From NCBI GenBank assembly GCA_044892525.1, contig CM097885.1, forward strand, positions 61,194,001-61,258,000: a stretch of 64,000 nt of DNA, given 5' to 3'. This DNA comes from Schmidtea polychroa. Taxonomy: Eukaryota. This document shows, piece by piece, positions 1 to 11,734 of this stretch. Made by a program: the position numbers and the translations under genes. The number at the start of each line of letters is the position of its first letter. Within the stretch, counting starts at the first letter, position 1. The notes below the pieces were generated by a model. It saw nothing but the letters and a program-made list of their open reading frames with translations. It was not told where the DNA came from and made no database searches.

Positions 1-3000
1 GTTATCTTGTTCTTGGATTTGTTTGATTAATTTGTCTAGATTTCGTCTTAAAGTGCATTGTTTTATTTGTTCCAATTTCAACTTGATATTAAAATCGTAT
101 TCAGCCTTGGCATCTTTAGCCCATTCATAAATGTTAGCTGGTTGCTTTTCTTTATGCAACTTTAGTATTTGAGTTTTTCCTGGCCAAATTAATGCGTCTA
201 TTAGGTGCATATCTGGTTTGATCTGTTCTCCCTGGTATTGATACAGATACTCTTTCTTTCTCGAGCCGCCCAAATGTTCTCTTATCCAATCGAAAAGCTC
301 GTCTGTAACGGTGTTTTTTATCCATATTCTTTTGAGTCCTTTGCTCGTCCCGATTTTTATTACATAGCGTGTCGTATCCGCTTGTTTCATTTTTTCCGTA
401 TACTTTTTTAAAATTGCTTTTTCCTCGCTTGGTATTAGATCTTTTTCGTTTCTCTCTAGTTTCATTATCTTTTGTATGAAGCGTCTATATGGTATAGTGT
501 CGATGAATTCCTGGTTTCTTACTACCACTGGAAGTAGTTCCTGTACTTGTTTTATCGCTTCTTCCCTTTCCTTTCTTAATTTCATCTCGATGTTCTCATC
601 TTCACTTTCGCTTGTTACTTCGCTCTCGCTCTCTTCTTCATTTCCTTTTGCTTCAATCTTTTCCTTTAGTTGTTCAATATTTTCATTTAACTGCAATATT
701 TCCCCACCAAGGCTGCTCACATAATCTTCCTCGTCATCTGTTGAAAATAACTTCTCTGTCGTCTTCATCACATTAATTCGTAAATTTCTCACTCTTGGCA
801 CTTTCTTTAGCTTTTTATTCTCGAATATTATTAGCTCCTCTGAATCTAGTTCTTGTATTATCTCATGATTTAGATGATTACTCGGTTTCCCATTTTTGTT
901 ATTCTCGGTTTCCGCTTCTGTTTTGATTTTCTCGTGTTCTCTTTCGATTTTATCTTTTATCTTTTTCCAGAATATTTTCTGAATTCTCTGATTTCCTTTT
1001 AACGGAGTTGTTGGATTTTCTTTTTTACTTTCGGATATTGTTTCTTTTGGCTTCTCCGGTTCGCTCATAGGTACAACTCTTGGATTTTTACCTTAATTAT
1101 AACAATACTGTTCCTTTATCTCTTTTACCATCTTCATCATATTTATCCGTAACGGTTGTTCTTGTCGTTGTTGAATTCGCTCTCTTTTTATTCTCTCTTC
1201 TTCAGCTTGTAATCTCTGCCATTCTTGTGCGTGTTGTTGCACTTCATAATTGTTGAGATTCTCGGTACTCCTCATCATACGTATATTCTGAGTTTGTTGT
1301 GGTACTTGTTCTTGTCTTGGTCTCATCATTTGTTGCATCATCTGCTTCATTTGAGAAATCTCTTGCATTACATTCATTTGCTTTCCCTCACTGGGGTTAC
1401 TTTGTCGTTGCGGGTTTGGTGTATAATTATTATTTCGCTGTGGTGGTCGTTGTTGTTGACTCCTTTCTCGGCATTCTCTCGAGATATGTCCTGGTTGACC
1501 ACAGTTAAAACATGCTCTCATTTGGCATATATTTTCCGTGTGCCCTCGTCGTCCGCACCTATTGCAATTTGCGTTTCAGTAACAATCTCTATCCCAATGC
1601 CCGGGTTTCCCGCATGTTCGACATTGTTTATTTTCGTTCGTATTTCTCCTATTGTTGGAGTTGTTCCCGTTATTCATATTGCTGCGATCATTACCATTTC
1701 CACTAGGTCGTCCTTGTGGTGGTTTAAAAATTTGGTGTGCTCCTGGTATAAACTGATTCATCTTTGGTTCATGATTGTTATGATCGCCATTCTCTGTTTT
1801 TACCGTTGCTGTCGCGATTCTTCCCTCCTCTTGCAAAACATTCATTTGTGCTGGGAGGTGAAGTTCGCATCTCGTGGCCCAATCTATGGCCTCTTCCAGT
1901 GTCTTACACATTTGACATCCCACCGAGGCTCGTACCACCTCTCGGCGTAATCCTTCTACAAAATAACCAATTAGATTTTCCTCCGGTAAGTTTCCGTTCA
2001 TGGCTTTCTTTGCCAATCTTCGTAATTCGCTTGCATATAACGTTATGGACTCGTTTGCTCTTTGTTTTCTACTCGCCAGTTCGTTTAACGCTTGATTTAT
2101 TGGTTTGCTGGCTCCAAAAGTTTTCCTCAAAAATGTTTTGATGCTTTCCCAATTGTTCAATGTCGTATTTCTTTCCTTCTCTTCTAGGTACACTTCGAGT
2201 GCACTATCGCACAAAAATAAAGGCATTCGTTTACTAATTGCTTCTGCTGTCCATCCACACACCGTTGTATAGACTTCAAAATTGGTTATGAATGCTGCTA
2301 ACTTGTTCGCATTCCCATTGAAAGGTTCTCCTCTAAATTTCTCCTTATACTCTTCTGTTTTGACAACATTCGTCATGATTGGTTCTTGCAATTCGACTGT
2401 TTCTTTTAAATTATCCAACGACGTGGCTAAACTCTGGACGGATAGTTCTTCTGTAGATGCTGTTAAACTGTTCGTTATATCGGCTATACTTTCTCGACTT
2501 CTAGCTCGGTTTGGTGTAAATCGGGTTGTTGGGTTTTCTTTGTCGTCTATTGGTATTCTGTTTGTTTCGTCAGGTCCTTGCGATAATCCTCTTTTATGGC
2601 GAGTTGATCTTGTTTTTTTGATGCTTTGCAGTTGTTCTACTGAAAATAATGTATCGTATTGATTACTTGAGGATCTGAATGCTCTCTGATTTGCCGTGGT
2701 TTCTTCCTGTTATCCCTTTGTCTCCTCTTGGTTTCTTTTGTTGGATCGGGTTCTGAATCAGATATCTTCGGTTCTAGGTGTAGTTTCTTCAAAGAATATT
2801 CCGCGTAGTTTCTCGACTGATTTCCTGAGGAGATTTCTGAGTCCTTGATTGACTTCCGCTAGTACGTCGATGCTAAGTATTTCGATAATCCCGTCGTAGA
2901 TAAAAATGTCGTCGTCGTCCTCCGTGTTTGGATTGGTCGGTTATCTTTTGTGCGGGTTCTGAATTGCCCTTTTACTGGATTGTTCGTATATCTTCTCTGA

Positions 3001-3044
3001 ATTCCTTCTGAACTGGTTCTGGATTGACCTGGTTGGATTGATAT
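1..3044 (-). pseudogene. Gag-type polyprotein: N-terminal extension, capsid-like domain, three CCHC zinc knuckles, Gln-rich and long coiled-coil region; interrupted by stops and frameshifts
   Basis: One frame runs from 3042 through ORF 2418-1576 (GEPFNGNANKLAAFITNFEVY...WTAEAISKRMPLFLCDSALEVY) and across a TGA at 1576-1578 into ORF 1521-1093. Knuckles: CRTCGKPGHWDRDC, CNRCGRRGHTENIC, CFNCGQPGHISREC. An E/K-rich coiled-coil reading continues with frameshifts to base 1. Confidence 0.7.
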
Positions 3045-3715
3045 CTACAATGAAAAAATGATATCGTGTTGCATTTGCTTACACGAATCAATCATTCCTT
3101 TTTGCCACATTCAAGCACAGACACCGTTTTAGGGCCTCTGTTATGCTTCTCTTCTTTTCCACATATAATCCTCATGAAATATAGTCACCCATCAACCCAT
3201 AATTTTCGTCGATTTTAAATTATCTATTTGGGGTAGTAACAATTATCTATATGGTCGTATAAATTATCTATAATTATTATTTTATAATATCGATAGGTCG
3301 TTGTCGGTTAGGGCTTATTACTACCCATATTTTTCTTAATCCTTTTACGCGGTTCCGCTATTTTACTCAGTCTTTCATCTCTATTTCTCTTTACTCAGTT
3401 CTACTCTGGAACCAAAAACAAATTTCGTTTATCTGGTTTAAACCCAAAAATTCGGTAGAACTTTGTCTACCTACCTGGGATCCCTTTAATTAATTAATTA
3501 TTTCTCCTTTTACTCATCATCTATTCCCATTTATTCTTTATTTTCTTCATTTTTCTCTTCCCTTTATTTTCTCACTATAATCTTATTATCATTTTCTACG
3601 AGCTCGTTTATTCCTCTCTTAATTCAAATTCTTGTTTCCCAATTTAATTCGTTTCTAGCTAGCTTTACTACTCTGTTTCCTGATTAGCTTAAATGCTATA
3701 TCATTATTTCTACTA

Positions 3716-3837
3716 GGCCTTTACGACTGGCTGGCACTATTCAACAGCTCAATCTTCATTATCCTGACCGGCTGGACTATTCACAACTCGGCCTTACGAC
3801 TGGCTGGCACTTTTCCCACAGCTCAATCTTCATTATC
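3716..3837. repeat. Two direct copies of a ~48-bp unit (3716-3763, 3790-3837)
   Basis: ggcct(t)tacgactggctggcact..acagctcaatcttcattatc occurs twice. Confidence 0.75.
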
Positions 3838-4430
3838 TCTGAACTGCATGCTTCCACTTCTTTCCCTATCTTATTCTAAACTGTCATTTTTCCTATTTTT
3901 ACCTTTTATTTGTCGACCTAATCTTTACCGCTCGAGAATGTTTTCCCCTTTCCCCCTTTGCTCAAAACGCAAAACGATCGCATTGATCCATTTCTACATT
4001 GGTATGGTGATCAGCCATACCGTAGAAACTTTTCAATATTCGCGATGGTACCTCGCCTTACATCTCTTACTCGGGGTGATCGGTTATCCCTTCCCAAACG
4101 GTTTTACAAATATCGTACCTCCCGAAGGTGGCTCGGTTTATTTCCCCCTTTAACCCTATATTGGGACTAGTTCCACTTTATATATTTTATTTAATAATTT
4201 CTTCAATGTTCTTTCTCTATGGTGAAAATTAATCATAAAATTACTGAAACTCACAATAAAACGAACACACAAAAATATTCTATTCAGATCCTCTGGCTCA
4301 TGCCAGAGGCAATATACAATATTACAAGCAAATCGATACATCAATAAAGATAAAAATAAAAAAAAATATGAGACAAATATTAGTCAAATCGTCAATCGAG
4401 CCAATTCCTCCACCGAGTGATGATCGCATG

Positions 4431-4910
4431 CTAACTGAAGTAGATCGTGTGTTTCTCTTTTATCACACATGCACATAAAGAACAGTGGGTTAAGACGGCG
4501 GCGCATTCATCACAATGGCTTAGGTGCCCACAAGGTAAAATCAGAATTCTATCAGGTCGCGTCTTACAGATGTTGCACGTTCTCAAGGCCGCTGCTTTCT
4601 CTATGATCAAGACTCGTATTCTCTTAGACAGAGTTTTCACTTGTTCGCGGATTCTTACGTATTCAATATTCAAGGCGGGATCGTCGAGACGTTGCTGCAT
4701 CCATTGGTAGTGGATAGATAAATCAGTATCGTTATTTGTTGATCCTAATCTGTCTGTTAAAAAGTTTTGTTTGGATATTAGTGGTGCGTTGTGGCGTTGT
4801 TGTTCTACTAGTTCTATTTGCTCCAATTTCTCCTTTAGCGTCTTTAGTGAATCGTTTTCTATATCGACGAACCGGCTTAGTCGCTGTAAATGTTGTCGGG
4901 CTTCTGACAT
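4431..4910 (-). CDS. Coiled-coil plus C-terminal C3HC4 RING finger protein (IAP/MDM2-type RING), 159 aa, no BIR domain seen
   Basis: Intact ORF ending CNICKTRPDRILILPCGHLSHCDECAAVLTHCSLCACVIKEKHTIYFS, the spacing of IAP-type C-terminal RINGs. Preceded by acceptor-like ttattcag|AT. Confidence 0.7.
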   Translation of the reverse strand: MSEARQHLQRLSRFVDIENDSLKTLKEKLEQIELVEQQRHNAPLISKQNFLTDRLGSTNNDTDLSIHYQWMQQRLDDPALNIEYVRIREQVKTLSKRIRVLIIEKAAALRTCNICKTRPDRILILPCGHLSHCDECAAVLTHCSLCACVIKEKHTIYFS

Positions 4911-5425
4911 ATCTGAATAAATGTTTTGTTATTACTTGGCCTCAATTACATTAAAAGTAATATTATTGTGTTTGTACTCAATGTTCGTTTATTTTTATTT
5001 GTTATTGCTTCTAGCTTTTATCTTTTATTCAATCTTTATCGATCCCCCCGTAATATTTTCAACTTTACTCATTCAATTTTATCGTCATTACTTTCTTTCG
5101 TCCCCTCTTTTTACTTTAGTACCTTAAGATTAAACAAAAGTGGTTGATTCCCGTTTTCTTTTCTCATCATACTCAGTCATATCATTCATATCCATTTAGA
5201 CTCAATTTTATTTCATGCATACTCCATTTCAACCACATATTGTTCGTATTGTCATTTATTACACTATAATATCACATTGATTCAGTTCGGTCCCGATTTC
5301 GTTATTATCATAGTTAATTAAATTATTAAAATAACACATCATAATACAATAATAGGCAGTCAAACAAATCAAATTGAATTAATAATCACGGCTGAGCCCC
5401 CAAAAATCATGTTGGGCGCATGTAG

Positions 5426-5794
5426 GGGAAAACAATAAACATCACTATTGCACACACCAATCCTCATCGTTCCGCTCAAACACTTCCCTTACACACGCCA
5501 CATGATCATGCAAATATTCCCGCGTATGAGGCCGTATGGATGTTCTACGTTGATACTGCCCACGCGGGTCGGAAAGAAGTTAGCAGGTGAGCCTCTGCCT
5601 TAAGACTACTCCTAACCCCTCCTCAGTTCAGGTTCTATGGTGCCTTAGAAGGACTTACCCGTTCCTACACTTGCATTTGGCCTGACCCTGGTCCAAGAGG
5701 ACGGCCTTCATTCAATGACATATATCCAGTTTACCAATTCATCCATGCATTGCACTCATTTGCTCTCACCATTAAATCAACAAATAATAAATAA
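5426..5794 (+). CDS. Putative two-exon antisense mini-gene of unknown function (exons 5426-5586, 5632-5794; ~107 aa, 5' end not found)
   Basis: 45-nt intron gtgag...cctaac...cctcctcagttcag whose removal deletes an in-frame TGA and keeps the frame. AATAAA overlaps the stop. Confidence 0.35.
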
Positions 5795-5960
5795 AAATTT
5801 ATATTGTTTATATTACATTCACGATTATCGGAACCGAACATCGTACACCAACATTTAATAAAATATCAACTAAATAACGCCGATAAATTGTTATATACAG
5901 GGATATTAGTTCCTAGGTCTCCTCTAAACAAGAGATGGACACATTCGTCGCGTTGGAAAT

Positions 5961-6722
5961 TCAGAAAACATCTCCATCGGCGAATACCTCGTCTATGTCT
6001 ACTGGCAACCGGCGATCCGCAAGGTACTTAATACCATCGGCCGGAACTACCCTGAATATCTCCTTGGCCGGAATTACGTGGGAGGCTGAGATACCCTTAA
6101 TGGTGGACTGGACCACGGATAGAGAAGCTTCTAGCGCCGCCATGGCGTTCCTACGCTTCTGATTCTTCTCAGAGCGCGTCAGCCTCTTGCGTTTCCGATG
6201 TGGCTGGATAGCTTCTACTGGAGACTGTGTGATAGGTTGAGATACGAGAATCGGAGTCAAGATAGGGTCCGATGAGCCTCCTGCCATAGGCCTATAACCC
6301 GAGAGAATTGGGGCGGGAATTGGTGGCAGATGCGGGCCGTGCCCCTTACAACCAGTGGTTGATGGCTTTGATGATTGGTGATGGATCGGGAACACATTGG
6401 TCCCGTCTTGTACTGGATATTCCCGAACTCGTTTTGCTATTTCGGACTCGGAGTATACTTTATGGAGTGCTTCTGATTGGGCTTTTATAGTTAGCCTCTG
6501 GCACCTACTCTCTTCTAGTAGACTGTCACGGCAGTGCTCCAGACGTAATATCTTACTCTTTTACTCTTTCATTTGTGGCGGGGAGAACCACGTGCCTTCA
6601 TAAAGGTCAATTCTCTTCTTCAGGGCCCCGATGTAGAGATGTAGCTGCGCGATATCCGCATTTTAATCGGCACAGGAGAAACAAGGGCGAAGAATTTTTC
6701 CAGAGTTGATAGGAGTAGTCAT
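5961..6722 (-). pseudogene. ~253-aa accessory ORF with basic NLS-like stretch, two in-frame TAA stops
   Basis: ATG at 6722 (after ttcttcag) is in frame with ORF 6395-5961. TAA at 6665-6663 and 6563-6561. Contains CFSC, a helical segment, a Pro-rich linker and HRKRKRLTRSEKNQKRR. Confidence 0.45.
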
Positions 6723-8972
6723 CTGAAGAATAGGAACTTTTTATTTATTTGTTAAACGACCAACGCGAATAATATTTCGCACCGTGAGTTTCGTCATACC
6801 CTCTATGAAACAGGGTCGGAATGCTTCCCGCTTTCCTACCTTTGTCGACACTTCCACTCATTCAGACCTCAAACATTCCATTTAATTTACTCAAGCATTT
6901 GCGACTCGTCGAAAAGAAAATGGGAATCCTCAAATTATTCTATGCCCTTCTAATAGACCTATGCCTAATTCCAGGGTTAGCTATCTCTAATAAATACATT
7001 GATCTCTGATTTTTACTATCTTTTCCACCCTTGTCACTTATATTTATTAAATTATCTAATTATATTTTTACATCATCGTATATCTTGGATTCCAATTTAA
7101 AAAAAAGGGTAAATCAATGTGACTGATGTCGTCTAGGGTTGCCATCAATCGGTTAAATTGGTTATTAATTTCACTAACGTATGAATTTAAAGACAAAATT
7201 GTAATTAAAAGTGTTTATTAAAAATCTACGTTTTCCTATTTCAAACCGTTGCCGAAGTTGTCGTCATAGCGACGTGTAATACATACATCTATTTTATTTT
7301 AACTAAGGTTGTTTAGTCACCGTGTTCTCGTACTATTGGTCAATCATGGAAATTTAATTCACTCCACTTCGAGAGTATAGTAGAAAATCATTGTGTTGGT
7401 GTGTTGAGGGGCAACTCTAACCCATAGTGTTATGACATAATCCTATTTGTGACTTGTTTCCTTGTAATCGTTGGCAGACGTATCGGTGTGTGGTCTAGAA
7501 TTATTTACCAGCGCGAGTAACGTTATTAATGAAGTTGCTGCTGACAAGAGGACTCTACAATATGAATGGCATTTTGATATCTTAATCTAAGAAAATCTCG
7601 TTGCGTCGATCAGCTTAGCTCTAATTCTATGATTACATCTTATCGGCCATGTTTGCCTCAGTTGTCTGTCGACGAGCATATGTATGAGAGAGTCCTTATC
7701 CGATAGTCCATGACTGAGTGTACTCAGGATTTATTACTTATCTACCCACCACCATCTAATTTCAGAAGAACGAGATTGTAAGATAACGTTTCGTCAACTG
7801 GCCGACTCTCGGGTTTTCTCAAGGCTATCGTAAGGATTTTTATTAGGTTATCGCAAGACTTTGATATTTGGTCTAGACAGACGGGTTCTCAACGATAATG
7901 ACTTGTCAACGGATGTCGGTCGAATGTTCTCAAATCAGATAAGACTCAGAGCGACAGATTTACTTGCTAACGGCCTAGCGATGCACATCCGGTAAGGATT
8001 CAGTTCTCCAGAAAACTATGATGAATCTCAGAATTTTTCTCAAGCAAGATGTTACTCTCTAACATGGGATATTTGCGTCAATCACTCGTCTAGTGTTGGA
8101 AGTAATAGATTCACCAAGAAACGATCAACTCCTCGCGTCGATGCTTGAACATATAACGATTTCCTCTGAGCTTTCCTATGCAATTTCTCCTTTTTACCGA
8201 ACTAGAAGACTATTATTCTTCCATGGAAAAGTTGTCAAGACATCATCGATCTCACTCGGCGAAGAAGCTCCTCTTGACTCGATCATTATTATCGACCAGA
8301 TGTCCTCACCCCTCCTGACCCACCCAAGAGCGGCATACATCTCTGCCACCACTCTTAGACCGTCAGGAAGGACAATTCTATCTCCACCAAACCTCCATTA
8401 TTTATAAATCATGAGAAATCATTTAAAGAAAAATAAATTATTCAAGCTACTAAAGGGATTTGCTTTACTGAAATATAGCTGTAATTAATTACCTGGCGAC
8501 TCCGCCGTCTGAAACTCGAACATGATGCCATATCGCGGTACTCATCGCGCATTTAATATTCATTCCCAAAGTGATCTATTTCATTCAAAGTTCTCGATGC
8601 AACGTCCTCGTTTCTTATCATTCATTCTCAGGCGTTTTCATGAAAATTCATCCGAGTCTCCGCATCATGTCCAATTTCCAGAAGACATCGTTGCCAGCAC
8701 CACAGAGAAAGAAATACACTCTACAATTCAATAACTTTTATTAAAAATTAAAATTTGTTAGTTATCCATGTTTAAATATATACTCATCATAAAGTAAAAT
8801 GCATTCATTCCACTTACTATAATTATTTCCTTCGAGAGTATTGAAACTAGATTCTAGATTTTTCTTTTGTCAAGTTAATCGTACTGATAGTTCTACTGAA
8901 AATTTCGATCGCTGTTAGTTCCGGTTGAATGTCGTATAGCTGTTTGATGAAGGGTTCCTGAATAGTTTGTAG

Positions 8973-9058
8973 ATCTGTAGAGTATAGCGGTTAAATGGTA
9001 AATAAAAATAATGGAATTTTACCTGTAGAGTATAGCGGTTAAATGGTACTCTACAGAT
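8973..9058. repeat. 26-bp direct repeat with terminal inverted complement
   Basis: ctgtagagtatagcggttaaatggta at 8975-9000 and 9023-9048; tactctacagat at 9047-9058 is the reverse complement of atctgtagagta. Confidence 0.65.
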
Positions 9059-9949
9059 ATTCTTCATTGCTTATATACTATTTTTCGTCCAATCAGGAAG
9101 CGACTAGTGTGTAATATTATTGTTTATTATTATTTTTATGTTTTTTCCTGTAATATGTTGCATTTTAATAAATTTTCTTATTCTTATTATTATTTTATTT
9201 ATTTTTCTATTTTTTACTATTTTTCTCCTGTTTTTCCTGGAATTTTATTGTTATTTGGTTATACTATAATTTTTCGTTTTAATTAGTTTATATATTTATT
9301 TAACAATGATTTTATTTCTATTTTATTTCCTAACTTCTCGTTTATTTTTCTTAAATTTATTATTTTATTCCCTTCCGCTGCTATGTGTGGTGGGTAATTT
9401 TTCTTTTTCATCTTATTTTCGTCTTATGAACTTTATTATTTTATTATTTATATTTATTCCCTTTATGTTCTTATTTCTTTTATTGTTATCTAATTTAATT
9501 GTTCTTATATTTTCTGTGTTTTTTCGGGAAATTTATTTTATCCTTTTTTATTTATCCTTAACCTGGTTCTCAATACTCTCGAAGCTTGGCCCAACAAATT
9601 TATGTAAATTTATTTTTCTATCACTTTCTCAATTCCTATAATAAAACCTTTAACATTCGGAACATTAAATTTTTGCACACAGGTAAGTTTGTGTGTTCCT
9701 ATATTATAATTTTATCGATTTTTTTACACCAAAGCGCATTTGATTATCCATGTCAAATTAACTATGTCAAATATGCTTTGTTTTGGATTTTAGTTAATTT
9801 TAAGATATTTTGTTAAAATAATGAAGAAAGAAGTAAGATATTTTATTTATTATAATATACATTAAATTTTTCATAGTTCACCTAAAATATCAAGTATTTA
9901 GGGAAGAATCTTTAATATGATGATTAATATGATTTTTGAAATTATTATG

Positions 9950-10330
9950 ATCTGTTTATCGAAGTTCCTCGTTAACTGCTTGGGATATTGCAGTAAATCA
10001 TTCATTGAAGGTAAATCTGTCTGGAAAATCCATCAGCCGAAGAAACTTTAGTCCTTACCCCATTTTTTTAATTTTGCTCAACACTTTGGATGGGGTTCAA
10101 AAATGGATTATATGGTAACTTTTCTATTTGAATAGTCAATGAAGATATATTATTGTGAATGGATTAGCTCATCTTTGGATATTGAGACCTCGATTTGTTG
10201 GTATATTGTTATAAATTCTATTGCCTACTAGTGATCTACCGAATCTCTTGTTCGTCCATGTATTGAAGAGCATTTATCTATGAATTTCTTGAAATGAAAT
10301 AGTCAATTCTGATGAAGTTTCAGACATATT
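9950..10330 (-). mobile_element. Possible Tc1/IS630-like transposase relic
   Basis: Minus-strand fragment IEKLPYNPFLNPIQ resembles the LPPYSPxLNPIE motif; heavily interrupted. Confidence 0.3.
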
Positions 10331-11734
10331 CTCGTATAATTTTTTTTTATAATTAATTAATTTAAAATTGAAAATTTTTAGCTAATTGAATGTCCGCATG
10401 ATAAATCAATGTCCTAGGGTGTGTATTTTTTATTATAGAAATTTTGTGAACCGTGTTTGTATGTATTTATTTTTCTTCCAACAGCAATTTTTTCTATCTT
10501 TCTATAGTGTAATAGTCAATTTAATGTCACCTAGCTAATTCAATGTCCCTTCTGGTTATGACACATACACACATTTATCATAAGTAAGTTAATATTTATA
10601 TTATTAAATTTGCAAATCAATGGCCATTTGATGATAATCAACTGCCTGTTGGTGTAGATTATAGAAACTTTTATATTTTGGGCTTAGGTGTATAATAAGG
10701 TTATTAAATTCCGCAACAATAAATTTCTATACACAGGTAAGTTTGTGTGTTCCTATACTATAAATTAATTTTTTTATAGATTATAGAAGTTATTAAATTT
10801 CGGAATTAGGCGTAACATCTACATAACCGTATCTAGTTTTGTAAAGAATCAATCTGACAATTATTCTGATTGGAGTTGTTAATTTGTAATATTTCGATAA
10901 ATAATTATATACCGACTCAAACTTGTTGCTATCTTATTCCTATCTACGTAAGAACCAGTAAAGTTGAAAATCTCAAACATTGAAACCCCCCTCATATATA
11001 TATTAAAAATTAATTATACATGTATTGGTCACCTTTTAATCTTAAATAGATTACTACCTTAAGCCTTAAAGTTGAAGTAGTGCGAGAACATATTAAAATT
11101 CACTGATTCAGAGTAATATACGCGAAGAAATTGTTGATAATATGGATGTTTTTTACCCGTAAACTGATTAGCTCATCGAAAGCCTTATTCTGAGTGCTTA
11201 ATTCATTTCAATCAATAATCTGCATTTTCAAGGATGTCATTCACCTTTAATTAAGTATAAATTTCATAGCAAAGACGATTTTCTAAAGCGTAACGCACGC
11301 AGAACTTAATAACGTTATATTTAAAAATGAGGCATTTATGCAGCATAAATGGGTAACAGGTTACAAATCGATATAAATCAATGTAAATGCTGTCATTTCG
11401 CCATGTCATGAGCAGTCAGCAAAAGCTTTAACAGCCTAAATGCTTCCCTTCTGTTTTTTAGATGGAGAAAAAAGAACTTAAAATAAACCGAAACGTTTGA
11501 ATACAACATTAATTTTCAATATTGCGTTATTTCTATTGGTCATTCCGAACGCGGTTCCTTCCTGTCCCTTTTGGGGCGGCCTTAAATATATATTATATTA
11601 TAAATCCTATTGGAAGAGGTTGGAGGACAATAACAGTAAACAAAAACAAATCTCCTAACTGAGATCGATGGTCATAAAAATCCCCCCCAACACCCAGATA
11701 CCGTTTTTATTTAGCCAATCACTGTTTCCATAAT

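Larger units (their letters stand above)
1..8750 (-). mobile_element. Large decayed Ty3/gypsy-type retroelement (5' part) with accessory ORFs; continues off the left edge, right boundary uncertain
   Basis: Retrotransposon Gag-like ORF with CCHC knuckles at 1093-2418. The less AT-rich, ORF-like sequence extends to about 8700 before dropping into very AT-rich DNA. No RT/IN and no LTR pair are visible in the window. Confidence 0.55.

Noticed and set aside
7134-7144. TGGCAACCCTA on the minus strand as PBS of the large retroelement
   Set aside because: No LTR end could be shown next to it, and the same sequence is the TIR of the hAT MITE family seen at 58538.
8494-8506. TGGCGACTCCGCC on the plus strand resembling a tRNA-Arg PBS
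   Set aside because: Wrong strand for the gag ORF and not preceded by an LTR terminus.
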